Position numbers and translations under genes: made by a program. From Malacoraja senta (lineage: Eukaryota): DNA of 64,000 nucleotides. Every line of letters starts with the position of its first letter. The stretch's first letter is position 1. The DNA lies in contig CM075990.1 of NCBI GenBank assembly GCA_038087875.1, positions 682,001 through 746,000 on the forward strand. The letters are read 5' to 3'. Positions 23,858 to 35,760 of the stretch are shown here, one piece after another. The notes under the pieces were generated by a model. The model worked only from the letters and a program-made list of their open reading frames with translations, was not told the origin of the DNA and searched no databases.

Positions 23858-24600
23858 ACACGATTCTGGATTTGGTGTTGTGCAAAGAAACAGATTTGAT
23901 TAGGGAGCTTAATGTAACTCAAGGAGGTGGTGACCATAATATGATAAATTTCAACCTGCAGTTTCAGAGAGAGAAGATGAAATTAAAGGTATCAGTATTA
24001 CTATTGAGTAAAGGTATGAGGGGCATGAGGTAGTAGCTGGCTAAATTTGATTGAAATGGGACCCTAGCAGGAATGACGTTGGAACAGTAATGGCAGGAGT
24101 TTCTAGGAATAATTTGGAAAATGCAGGATCTTTTCTTCCCAAAGTGGAGCAAAGATTCTCGAGAGAATGATGCGACCATGGCTGACAAGGGAAGTCAAAG
24201 ACAGCATAAAACTAAAAGATAAGGCATGTAATATTGAAAAGATTAATGGGAAACTAAAGGATAGAGAGCTTTCAAAAACCAACAGAAGGCAATTAAAAAG
24301 GCAATTAAAAAGGCAACACAGGGAGAAAAGATGAAATATGAAGGTAAGCCAGCCAATAATGTATAAGAGGATAGCAACATTTTCTTCAGATATATAAAGA
24401 GTAAAAGCGAGGCAAGAGTGGACATTGGATTGCTGGAAAATGACGCTGGAGAAGTGACAATGGGGAATCAAGAAATGGCAGAGGAATTGAATAAGTTTTT
24501 TGCGTCAGTCTTCACAGTGGAAGACACCAGCAATGTGCCTGAAATTCAAAAGAGTCAGGGGACAGAAGATAGTGGAGTGGCTATTACGAAGGAGAAGGTG
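23858..24600 (+). mobile_element. CR1-like ORF2 fragment (EN-RT linker)
   Basis: ILDLVLC, GDHNMI, EMAEELNKFFASVFTVED. Confidence 0.85.
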
Positions 24601-25021
24601 AAAGCCAAGTCACTACTATCTACTGCTATCTTGATACCCAATTATATGTGAAGGCTGAAAAATGGGAATTTCACATTTATGCAGTTACCTTCCTAGGTTA
24701 TTATTTCAAGTGGCAGCCAAATCCTTCCAAGGTTTAGGCAGTAGTTAACTGGTTAACCTCTGTCAATAAAAAAGATCAAAGTTTTCTGGGTTTTGCCACT
24801 TTTTATCGGTGGTTTATCAGAAAAGTTAGTTCTCTTGTGGCCCCTCTAACAGCCACGACTAAACCTGGCTTTGTCTGTTTCTGTTGGTCCCCAGAAGCAA
24901 ACAAGCCTTCTAGGAGCTCAAGAAAGGTTTTATCTCAGCTCCTATCCTCATTCACCCTGACTCCGCACCGCCTTTCATTGTTGTGCTGGATGCCTCTGAT
25001 GTAGGAGTGGGAGCTGTCATG

Positions 25022-25500
25022 GAGTCTTGCAGCTTGGAAACAGGCCCTTCGGCCCAGCTTGCCCACACCAGCCAACATGTCCCATTTTCATAGTCCCACC
25101 TGCCTACATTTGGCCCATATCCCTTAAACCTGTCCTATCCATGTACATGTCTAAATGTTTCTTAACATTGTGATAGTACCTGCCTCTATTACCTCCTCCG
25201 GAAGCTTTTCTATACACCCACCACCCGTTGCGTGAAAAAGTTACCCCTCAGATTCCAATTAAATCTTTCCCGCCTCACCTTAACCTATGTCCTCAGGTTC
25301 TGATTCCCGTACTCTGGGCAAGAGACTCTATGTGTCTACCCGATCTATTCCTCTTATGATTTGTACACTGCTATAAGATCAGTTTTCATCCTCCTGCGCT
25401 CCAAGGAATAGAGTCCTAGCCTGCACAAACTCCCTCTATAGCTCAGGCTCTCGAGTCCTGGAAACCAACTTGTAAATCTTCTCTGCATCCTTCCAGCTTG
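25022..25500 (-). mobile_element. CR1-like LINE 3' end
   Basis: gaaacaggcccttcggccc 3' UTR and C-terminal coding remnants. Confidence 0.75.
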
Positions 25501-25974
25501 TCGTTTCACAACATTCTCCTGCGGAACATAAACTTTATCTTGTTGGTCTTTATCTCTTTTCGCCTGAAGTCAGCTGAGAGGATTTGATAGAGGTGATCGA
25601 GAACACCTGGCAGTTCAATTAGCTTTGGAGGAGTGGAGGCAGTGGTGGCGGGAGCTGAGCACCCCTTTGTCTTCTGGACAGATCACAAGAATATGGAGTA
25701 CATCCAGACGACAAAAATGCCACAATTCTCATCAGGCAATGTGGGCCCTTTTCTTTAATCATTTAAATTTTGTCTTGTCATATTGCCCAAGTTCTAAGAA
25801 TACTAGACCTAATGCTCTCTCTCACCAGTTTAGTCCATCAGAAACTGGATTGAACCCCTGAACCTAATATTCCCAGCTCTTGCACAGTTGCTCCCATTTC
25901 TTGGGCTATTGATTCAAGTGAGAGAGGCTCAACTGCAGAAAGCCGATCTTGAGGATGGTCCTTCTAATCATCTT

Positions 25975-26290
25975 AGTTTACTTTAGTTTAGTTTAGAGAT
26001 ACAGCACAGAAACAGGCCCTTCGGCCCTCCGAGTCTGCACCGACCAATAATCCCTGCACACTAACGTTATCCTACACACACCAGAGACAATTTTACATTT
26101 ATACCAAGCCAATTAACCTACTAACCTGTGCATCTTTGGAGTGTGGGATGAAACCAAAGATCTCGGAGAAAACCCTCGCATGTCACAAGGAGAAAGTACA
26201 GACTCTGAACAGACAAGCACCTGTAGTCAGGATCGAACCCGGGTCTCTGGCACTGTAAGGCAGTTGCACTACCGCTGTGCCACCGTGCCG
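25975..26290 (-). mobile_element. tRNA-derived V-SINE
   Basis: (agttt)n tail; ggatcgaacc (reverse box B); ccaccgtgccg head. Confidence 0.9.
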
Positions 26291-27395
26291 TCCCTCTCTC
26301 TTTATCCCTATCTCTGTTCATTCCCAAGTTGTCCGATGGGCTCACTCCTCTAAGCTGGTGACTGGTCACCCAGGAATATATTGAACTCTTGATTTCCTTA
26401 AGCAAAGGTGTTGGTGACCCACTATTGACTCAGATCACAGTGATAATGTTAAAGCCTGCTCTATCAGTGCTAAGAATATGACATCTCGTCCACCTGGTTT
26501 CTTGCAACCACTGCCTATCCTAATGCCAAGATGCAGTACAAACACCACTGGAGATCCTTTTTCCCTGTGGCTATCAAACTGTACAACTTCTCCCCCTCCT
26601 GTCATGGGGTAGACTGACTCCCCTCCCTTCCCTCCCCAATCTTCGCACATCCCCAACCATTTCCACTCATCACTTTAATTTCATGTTTCATGTATTTTAA
26701 GGTTTATGACTGTTGGCAAATGTAACTCCTTCCTGAGATAAATAACGTTCTATCGTATCGTATCGTAATTGTCCCTGTCCACTGGTCTTAGAGTCATTGA
26801 GTGATACAGTGTGGAAACAGGTCCTTTGAGCCAAATTGACCACACCGGCCAACATGTCCCAGCTATACTAGTCTCACCTGCCTGTGTTTGGCCCATATCC
26901 CTCCAAACCCTGTCCTATCCATGTACCTGTCTAACTGTTTCTGAAATGTTGCAATAGTCCTTGCCTCAACTACCTCCTCTGGCAGTTCATTCTTATTCTT
27001 CACTCCAATAACCTCACTACTATTTTGGACCAGTTTTCTAAGGCCTGTCACTTTATTCCTTGAGCCAAATGAAACAGCTGACCTAGCAATCAAACATGTT
27101 TCCTGCCTCCTGGTATTCATCGGGACATTGTTTCTAACTGGGATTCTCAGTTCGCCTTCTAAACTTTGGAAGGCTTTTTGCTCTCTGCTAGCATGTCTTC
27201 TGGGTTCCACCCACAATCCAACAGCCGGACGGAACAGGTCAACCAGGATCTTGAGACTATGTAATTTCAGTCATTTCAGTTTATTTTATTTTCACGTGTG
27301 CCGAGGTACAGTGAAAAGCTTTTGTTGTGTGCTAACCAGCCAGCCAGCAGAAAGACAATACATGATTACAATCGAGCCACACATAGTGTACAGAT

Positions 27396-27905
27396 ACATA
27401 GAAATAGAAAATAGGTGCAGGAGGAGGCCATTCGGCCCTTCGAGCCAGAACCACCATTCATTGTGATCATGGCTGATCGTCCCCAATCAATAACCCTTGC
27501 CTGCCTTCTCCCCATATCCCTTGATTCCACTAGCCCCTAGAGCTCTATCTAACTCTCGCTTAAATCCATCCAGTGACTTGGCCTCCACTGCCCTCTGTGG
27601 CAGGGAATTCTACAAATTCACAACTCTCTGGGTGAAAAAGTTTTTCCCATTTATTCTAAGACTGTGGCCCCTGGTTCTGGACTCGCCCAACATTGGGAAC
27701 ATTTTTCCTGCATCTAGCCTGTCCAATCCTTTTATAATTTTATATGTTTCTATAAGATCACCCTTCATCCTTATAAACTCCAGTGAATACAAGCCTAGTC
27801 TTTTCAATCTTTGCTCATATGAGAGTCCCGCCATCCCAGGGATCAATCTCGTGAACCTACGCTGCACTGCCTCAATCACAAGGGTGTCCTTCCTCAGATT
27901 AGGAA
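27396..27905 (-). mobile_element. CR1-like LINE 3' end
   Basis: IEAVQRRFTRLIPGMAGLSYE..RTRGHSL..FFTQRVVNL. Confidence 0.9.
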
Positions 27906-28240
27906 TGGTAAGGGAATATTGTTTAGTGCAAGGTAAAGCCAGTAAAGTGCGATCAAAGGTAGTCCGAAGATCCCTGATGAGGTAGATAGTAGGACTGCAC
28001 TCTAGTTGCGGTAGGATTGTTCAGTTGCCTGATAACAGCTGGGAAGAAACTGTCCCTAAATCTGGAGGTGTGTGTTACCTATGCTTTGTGTCCTCGAATC
28101 CAACTATTTGGAGTAAACACCTGGTCTGGGCAGAATAGGCCCAATATACCCTGTAGAGTTTCTCCACTGGACTGTCTCCCTTCTAGTGTCAGCATGAATT
28201 CCAACCTACACTCTTCCCAGAACAGCAATTGGAAGTGGGG

Positions 28241-28461
28241 ATGTGAAGGAAGGTACTGCAGATGCTGGTTTACAACAAAGATAGTCTCAAAATACTGGAG
28301 TAAATCAGAGGGACAGGCAGCATCTCTGGAGAGCAAGAATGGGTGACATTTCGAGTCGAGATGTCTGAAGAAGGGTCTCGACCTGAAACGTCACCCATTT
28401 CCCTTCCCTCCAGAGATGCTTCCTGTCCCGCTGATTTACTCCAACATTTTGTGTCTATCTT
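28241..28461. mobile_element. Palindromic Penelope pLTR/hammerhead-like module with ~15-bp TSD
   Basis: caattggaagtgggg (28226-28240) vs caatcggaagtgggg (from 28462); inverted arms; ctgaaga..gaaacgtc core. Confidence 0.8.
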
Positions 28462-29232
28462 CAATCGGAAGTGGGGGTGCCTTCCACCCAAATTTCATCC
28501 TTCTCTGCTGGCGGATAGAGTCATAGAGTGATACAGTGTGGAAACAGGCCCTCCGGCCCAACTTGTCCACACTGCTAGCTACATCTAGCTGGCTACTTAC
28601 CGGCCCTTGCCTGAATGATTTTTAGGGACTGCTGTAACTAGGCATGGTTTGATTGAATTGTTGAGAAATTGTGCAGTCGTCAACAAACTTCCCCACTTCT
28701 GACCTTCAGAAGGAAGGACCATCCTTGATGAAGCAGCTGATGGTGGTATAGCCTGGGACTTGCAATAATGTCCTGTGCTGGGGATGATTAATCCTCAACA
28801 ATCATCTTTAGTTCTTCAGTTTAGTTTATTGTCACGTGTACTGAGGTACAGTCAAAAGCTTTTGTTGCGTGCTATCCAGTCAGCAGAAACACAATACATG
28901 ATAACAATCGATCCATTTACAGTGTGTAGATACATGATAAGGGAATAACGTTAGTGCAAGGTAAAGCTAGTAAAGTCTGATAAAGGATAGTCTGAGGGTC
29001 AACCTTGAGATAAATAGTAGTTCACTACTTCTCTCTGGTTATGGTAGGATGATTCAGTTACCTGATAACAGCTGGGAAAAAAACTGTCCCTGAATCTGGA
29101 GGTGTGTGTTTTCACACTTCTATACCTTTTGCCTGAGGGGAGAATACGGAGTGGCCAAGGTGCAACTCATCCTTGATTATGCTGCATGCCTTGCCGAAGC
29201 AGCATGAGGTATAAATGGAGTCAATAGAAGGG

Positions 29233-29460
29233 TGTATGTAGGAAGGATCTGTAGATGATGGTTTAAACCAAAGATAGACACAGAATGCTGGAGTAACTCA
29301 GCGGGACAAGCAGCATCTCTGGAGAGAAGGAATGGGTGATGTTTCGGGTCGAGACCCTTCTTCAGACTGAAGTAGGATCTCAACCTGAAACATGACTTAT
29401 TCCTTCTCTCCAGAGATGCTGCCTGTCCCGCCGTGTTACTCCAGCATTTTGTGTCTATCT
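29233..29460. mobile_element. Palindromic Penelope pLTR/hammerhead-like module with 12-bp TSD
   Basis: tcaatagaaggg at 29221-29232 and 29461-29472; symmetry centre ttcagactgaa near 29365. Confidence 0.85.
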
Positions 29461-29734
29461 TCAATAGAAGGGAGGTTGGTTTGTGTGATGGTCTGGGTTG
29501 TGCCCATAATTCACTGCAATGTCTTGCAATCATGGATGCAGCTGTTGCAAAACCAAAGCTCACTTGTGTAAGCAAGTACTTCAGCCATTACAATGTGTCC
29601 TCCTTGATGCCCATTGACTTTAGTTTTACCAGAGCTGTTTGATGCATCGCTTTACCAGATATTGCCTTAAACTCCAGAGCCCACACTTTGAGAATTTAGC
29701 TCACATTTCATGTGCCTGACGAGTTGTAAATAAC

Positions 29735-30395
29735 ACTAGACTAAGTGGGACCCGTTGGGTCCCAGTCACACGGGAGGCCTGGTCGCTCCCAACGCAGCCC
29801 ATTCCCCAACGCAATATTCCACCACTCACTTGTTCCCCCAATGCAACCCGTTCCCCCAAAGCAATGTTCCACTACTCTGGGGAGGGGGGGTGTGGGGGAG
29901 GGAGGGTGTGGGGGAAGGGGGGCTGTGGGGGAGGGGGGTGTGGGCTAGGGGAGGTGTCGGGAGGGGGAGGTGTGGTGGAGGGGGTGTGTGGGGGGATTGT
30001 GGGGGAGGTGGTGTGTGGGGGAGGGGGGGTGTGGGGGGATTGTGGGGGAGGTGGTGTGTGGGGGAGGGGGGGTGTGGGAGGGGGGATGGGGGGGAGGGGT
30101 GTGTGGGAGGGGTGGGTGAGGTGGGTGGGTGGGTGAGGGAGGGGGGTGGGGGAGGGGGTTGTGGGGAGGGGGTGTATGGGAGAGGGGCTGTGGGAGAGGG
30201 GGGAGTGTGGGGGAGGGGGAACCTTCAAAACCTTCATAACTTTTGTACTATTTTACCGATCGGAACAAAACTATTTGACTTGCAGCAGAGTAAGGTGGCG
30301 AAAAATCGTAGCGCTAGGGGGGATAGTTTTTGCTCAAATTTAATTACAACACAGACAGGAAGTGGTCAAGATGAGAGTTTTAGTAATGTATAGAT
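29735..30395 (+). mobile_element. Non-autonomous Helentron/HINE-like element with G-rich simple-repeat core
   Basis: Starts actag, subterminal hairpin gggaccc-gtt-gggtccc, ends ttttagtaatgtatagat; no TSD seen; G/GT-rich core 29878-30220. Confidence 0.6.
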
Positions 30396-31194
30396 TTCCG
30401 TAGTTTATTGTCATATCACTAAGACCAGTTATTTTTAATTCCAGATGATTTAAATAACTGGAGCTCCAATCTCTGGTTTTTAATTCAACTTTCTGGATGA
30501 CAAATAATTGAACTACTGGGCCGTCATTCTGCAGGAATATGGGTGAAACCCAGGCAAATGGGATTAGCTGAGATAACGCATCTTGCACAGCATGAATGAA
30601 TTGATCACAAAGGCCCTGTTTCTGTGCTACTGTCAAAATTGTTTTTAATGCTTCGCTGCAGCTGCAGTCAGATGGAAAAGTGAGTCACATTACTTCACTC
30701 CTGATATGCACCCTGTAAAACGTGGAAATTCTTTGGTAGGTGACAAAGAAAGTCACTGATGATGAAACATTCAAGCTCTGACATGTTCTTTAGTTTAGTT
30801 TAATTTAGAGATACAGCGCAGAAACAGGTTCTTCACCCCATCGAGTCCGCACCAACCAGCGATCCCCAAACACTAACATTATCCTACACACACTAGGGAC
30901 TATTTAAAATTATACCAAGTCAATTAACTATCAAACCTGTACGTTCAGGCAGTGAAGAAAGCTAATGGTATGTTGACCTTCAAAACTAATGGCATGTTGG
31001 CCACACCTGGAGCATTGTGTGCAGTTTTACTCTCCTAATTTGAGGAAGGATATTATTGCTATTGAGGGAGTGCAGCATAGGTTCACCAGGTTAGTTCCCG
31101 GGATGGCGGTACTGACATATGATGAAAGAATGGGTCGACTGGGCTTGTATTCACTGGAATTTAGAAGGATGAGAGGGTATCTTATACAAACATC

Positions 31195-31465
31195 ATGTCC
31201 GTTATTTGGCTTCTAGGCATTGCGTCCGTTCGGTGAGTTGGCTTTTATGTGTCCTGCCCTTTCGGTTATTTGGCTTTTCGGCGTTGCGTCCGTTCGATTT
31301 TTTGGCTTTTCGACGTTGCGTCCGTTCAGTTATTTAACTTTTCGGCATTGCGTCCGTTTCGGTTATTTGGCTTTTCGGCGTCATACGCTTTTGGTTATTT
31401 GGCTTTTCAGCGTAGTTTCTGTTCGGATATTTGGCTTCCGCTTATTCGCTTCGGCTTCTCGTCCT
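31195..31465. repeat. Modular ~33-35-bp repeat array (tttggcttttcggcgttgcgtccgttcggtta), foldback/MULE-like terminal array
   Basis: About 8 degenerate tandem copies; superfamily is inferred only. Confidence 0.6.
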
Positions 31466-33290
31466 TCAATGCCATGCCTGCACATGGCAGTTCCTACCTA
31501 CACACTGCTTCTTTCTGTTGGCCATCGCTTTGTACACTCAGCTTCTCCCCCTTCTTCTCTCTTCATCTTGTCCACTCGGCCTCTCCTCCCCACCTCCCCC
31601 CCCACCTCTCCACTGCTGCCTCCAACTCCTGCCGCTTTGTCGCTCCTTGCTCCTTCCTCCACCCACTCCCATCTCTCTGTCCACTCCCCACCTCTCCCCT
31701 CCCACTCCACTGAAGCCGCTTCCTTCTTTTCCCCCAGAGTTGCTGACATACTCGACCTAGGGAGGGAGCCCCACAGCGTGCCCTGTTGGTAACGGCGGCC
31801 TGAAGAAAGCGCGTCCTGTCAGGGGCTACAACGTGAGCCACAACAACATCCCAGTTAACCGGCGAGGAAAGGTTAGCTGGTGCAGACCAGTTGTATCGGT
31901 GCCAAGTTGAAAGGTGAAATGACACAAAGTGGTGGAGTAACTCAGTAGAATTAAAGGTCTGTCTCACTGTGCGAGTTGACCCCCGAGTGACCCCCAGTGA
32001 AAGACTCGTGGTTGCGTACGAGACTACAAGTCTATGATCCAGAGTTTAACCGAGTTCCCACGGGTATGTCTAAGTTTGCCGTTTACTTCTCATTTCTGCG
32101 ATGTTCCAAGTTCGTCTCCCGAGTGTACCAAGTTCCTCTCCCGTTAATCTTGAGGCAACAATGTATATCGAAGTGTTGAAAAATCATCACATGTTAAAAA
32201 AATGATGTCATGCCAGCCAAAGAACGTAGAGACTATTGTGTTTGCTGCATGAGGTGCAGCTTCAGGATCAGCAACAGCCATGCAGGACGGTGACTTAGTG
32301 GACAGTCAAACAGGGGAGAATAACACTAGGTACGTGGAGGAGTGGTACAAACGACGAGACTTTGGTGCCACTGCAGTGTTTTTGAGGTAACACGGGGACC
32401 AACAGTGCAAAAGAGCAGAGAGACCATCTCTGCTCCTACTATAATTCAGAATTGGGCAGTGTGCCGTGGCAGACAGCTTATTTTGAGCGGCTGCCGACCA
32501 CAGGTACATCACTGCATGAGGAGAGCCCACATGCAGAAAAATCCAGTTCATTTCATGTTTACTTTAAATCCTGCTGACTTTTCATTGTTTAACTTTAAGT
32601 GTGGATTTTATTTTTTATTGTGGTGTAAAAGTAATTTCATTGCATCTGTCTTTCCTTTAAAACGTGTTATCATGCATCTGCTTATCTGATTGTAGATCTC
32701 AAAACTTGTCATTTAGCGCATTGCATTGTATCTTTTATTGCCTGAATTTAGACGAGTGCATTTCTCAGCTGAATTAGTATTGAGTGGAAATACTTTTATT
32801 TGTGCTTCATTTGTTGATTTTCATGTATGAGAAGCCCTTTTTCAGACCACTGTGTTGTTTGCTGTGGTGCTACTTTTCTCAATATGCGCAAAAAAGCTTT
32901 TTTTATATTGAACAAGAATAAAGACTTTGTTTCACATTCAAGACATTTGTTTCACATAAGACTTTGTCTTATTTTCTGATCTACTGAGAGGTGACAATTT
33001 TAAACATTTAAAAAGCACAGCATATGAGGCAGCTGAGTCCTTAAATCTCACAAATGATTGTGAGAATCAAGATGTGAATATATTTTGCCTTCCTCTATTT
33101 TGTGTTTTATGATGAAAGGAATATTGCATTCAAGTCATGAGACTTTGTAGTGATATTAAAATGAAGACTTCCAGACATCAATTTGATCTTGATAGCAAAG
33201 AACTCTCTATTATTGTGCAATGAAGTAAACAAACAGTGAGAATCAAACGGTTCAGCAAAAAGCTTTTCAATACAACACAACACAACACAA

Positions 33291-35112
33291 ATTTATATAT
33301 AAACTTCAAGCAATTTTTTCTTTTCAACCCACTCTGTCACCTTATCAATAACTTGCTTAACAAAGCGGAGAATCTGATCCCAGCGGAAGAGAACGACCAG
33401 CGACCAGCGCCCACTGTGAGTCCCCATCGCAATGTCAGCTCCCACTGGTACCACTCGCTGGCTCCTGCCCCCTTCCCCCGTGATACCCACCTCTCCCCCA
33501 CAACCACATCTTTTCACTGAGCTCTCTACACCCCCCACACGGTAGGCCACGATAGCGCCCGCCTGAAGCCATCCCCCTCCACTGGTTGCAGCACGCTTCT
33601 CCCCCCCACTGGCCCCCGGCAGCCCCCTCCTGAAGCCATCCCCTTTCCTCTGATACAGCCCGCTCTCCCCCCCACCGGCCCCCGACAGCCCCCACCTGAA
33701 GACATCCCCCTCCCCCGGTGTAGGACGCCTCCACCCCCCAGCCCTCATCAGCCCCCTCCTGAAGCCGTCCCCCCTGCCCTGCTGCAGGACACAGCCCCCA
33801 CCGGCAACCGCCTGAAGCCGTCCCATCGCCAACTGCAGGATGCTCCCGATCGGTCCCCACCTAAAGCCAGTGGGGAGCGGCAGCGGTAGGCCGGAGCAGC
33901 GGTAGGCCGGAGCAGCGGTAGGCCGGAGCAGCAGTAAGCCGGAGCAGCGGTAGGCCGGAGCAGCGGTAGGCCGGAGCAGCGGTAGGCCGGAGCAGCGGTA
34001 GGCCGCAGCAGCAGTAAGCCGGAGCAGAGGTAGGCCGGAGCAGCGGTAGGCCGCAGCAGCAGCAGCATTCCCCCTCCCCCTCACGGCTTCAGGCGGGGGC
34101 TGGAGGGGAGGGTGACGGCTTCAGCAGGGAACTGTCGGGGGCTGGGGGAGGAGCATCCTACAGCGGTGACCACGGCAGCACTCCCCCTCTCCCCACTGGC
34201 TCCCGATAGGCCCCGCCTGAAGCCGCCCCCCTCCCCTGGCTACAGGATGCTCCCGCCGATCCCCGCTGCAGGACACTTCCCCCACCCACCACCAGGCCCC
34301 ACCTAATGCCGTCCCCTCCCCAACTGCAGGATGCCCCCCACCCCCCACCCCCCACCAACCCCCGCCTGAAGCCGGCCCCGTCCCCAGCTGCAGGATGCTC
34401 CCCGCCTGAAGCCGGTGGGGAGCGGTAGGCCACGGCGGTGACAGGCCATGGCCACGGCAGCGGTAGGCCATGACAGCGAAAGGCAGCGGTAGGCTTTGAC
34501 CACGATCGGCCATGCTAGCCCCTGCCTGAAGCCGTACCCCTCCCCCGGCTGCAGGAAACACACCCCTCGCCACCGGCCCTCGACAGCCCCCACCTGAAGC
34601 CATCCCCCTCCCCAGGCTGCAGAATGCAACAATAGACGCAACAAGACTGAATAAATCTCATCTTTAATGTTTAAATTGTTGTTATATTTTAAGAGTTATT
34701 CACATTTTAAGCTTTAATAAATCCTTTTCCCACTTGCCGTGCCCGTCGGGTGCGCCTGCGCAGTAATACCTGCATGTTCTACATCACAATGAGAACCCAA
34801 TGGGCGGGAATGGCTGCACCGCCGGAGAGCCGCTAAGAGTGGATGGGGGGGGGGGCGGTTGAGGGGGGATGGAGAGAGTGCGTGGGGGGGAGGGCTAAAG
34901 GCGGAGTGGGGGGTGAAGGGAGGAGGGGGTTCAGGGGCATCACAACGGGAACCCGTTAGCCGCGCCTGGGTTAGTGGTGGAATATTGCAATGAGGGAACG
35001 GGTTGCGTTGGGGGAACGGGTGAGTGGTGGAATATTGCATTGGGGAATGGGTTGCGTTGGGGCACCAGGCCTCCCATGTGACTGGGTCCCAAGGTGTCCC
35101 ACTTGGTCTAGT
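33291..35112 (-). mobile_element. Second Helentron/HINE-like element with GC-rich internal repeats
   Basis: ~35000-35112 is the reverse complement of ~29735-29850; the left boundary (tttatatataaat on minus) is tentative. Confidence 0.5.
33878..34065. repeat. 16-bp minisatellite (agcagcggtaggccgg)n
   Basis: About 11 tandem copies. Confidence 0.92.
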
Positions 35113-35289
35113 ACATAATTACAATCAAGCCATTACAGTGTGTAGATACATGATGAGGGAATAATGTTTAGTGCAAGGTTAAGCCAGCTAAGTCCGATCA
35201 AGAATAGTCCGAGGGTCACCAATGAGGTAGATACTATTTCAGCACTCCAGTCCACTCCCCTCACTGTGGTCTGTTTTAATGGTGGTTTG

Positions 35290-35760
35290 CCATATTTTTG
35301 GTCACCCTGCCATGGGAAAGATTTTTAAGCTTCAAAGACTGCAAAGAAGATTTACGTGGATGTTGCCAGGACTTGAGGGCCTGAGCTATAGGATGAGGTT
35401 GGGCAGGCTAGGACTGTATTTCTTGGAGTGTAGGAGGGTGAGAGGTGATTTTATGGAAGTGTACAAGATAATGAGGGGAATAGATAATGTAGATACACTG
35501 TCTTTTACCCAGAGTGGGGGAATCAAGTACCAAAGGACATAGATTTAAGGTGAGAGGGAAAAGATTTAATAGGAATCTCACAGGCAACACTTTCACACGG
35601 AGGGTGATGGGAATATGGAATGAGCTGCTGGAGGAGGTAGTTGAGGCAGAAACTAAAACAACATTTAAAAGACATTTGGAGAGGAATGGTTTCAAAGGAT
35701 ATGGGCAAACGTGGGCAGGTGGAATTAGTGTAGATGGGACACCTTGGTTGGTAAGGGTAG
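35290..35760 (+). mobile_element. CR1-like LINE 3' end (second subfamily)
   Basis: LQRRFTWMLPGLEGLSY; GHRFKVRG..RVMGIWNEL. Confidence 0.8.

Larger units (their letters stand above)
15150..28500 (+). mobile_element. Old Ty3/Gypsy (sushi/Tf2-like) pol remnant fragmented by nested insertions
   Basis: Collinear pieces: RT start YDCAIDLL..FSKLDL (15170-15530), RIRKGDEWK..TPSGHY (15845-15945), [30 protein letters not shown] (24700-25020), WTDHKN..FVLSY (25620-25860), PPGFLQPLPI (26340-26520), SGFHPQSN..EQVNQ (27000-27260), TGLSPF (28080-28230). Confidence 0.8.

Noticed and set aside
29755..30393. 212-aa Gly-rich ORF
   Set aside because: Low-complexity G-run sequence.
33293..34644. 263-aa and overlapping ORFs (PTAAPAYRCSGL repeats)
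   Set aside because: 16-bp minisatellite and GC-rich repeat interior; no domain motifs.
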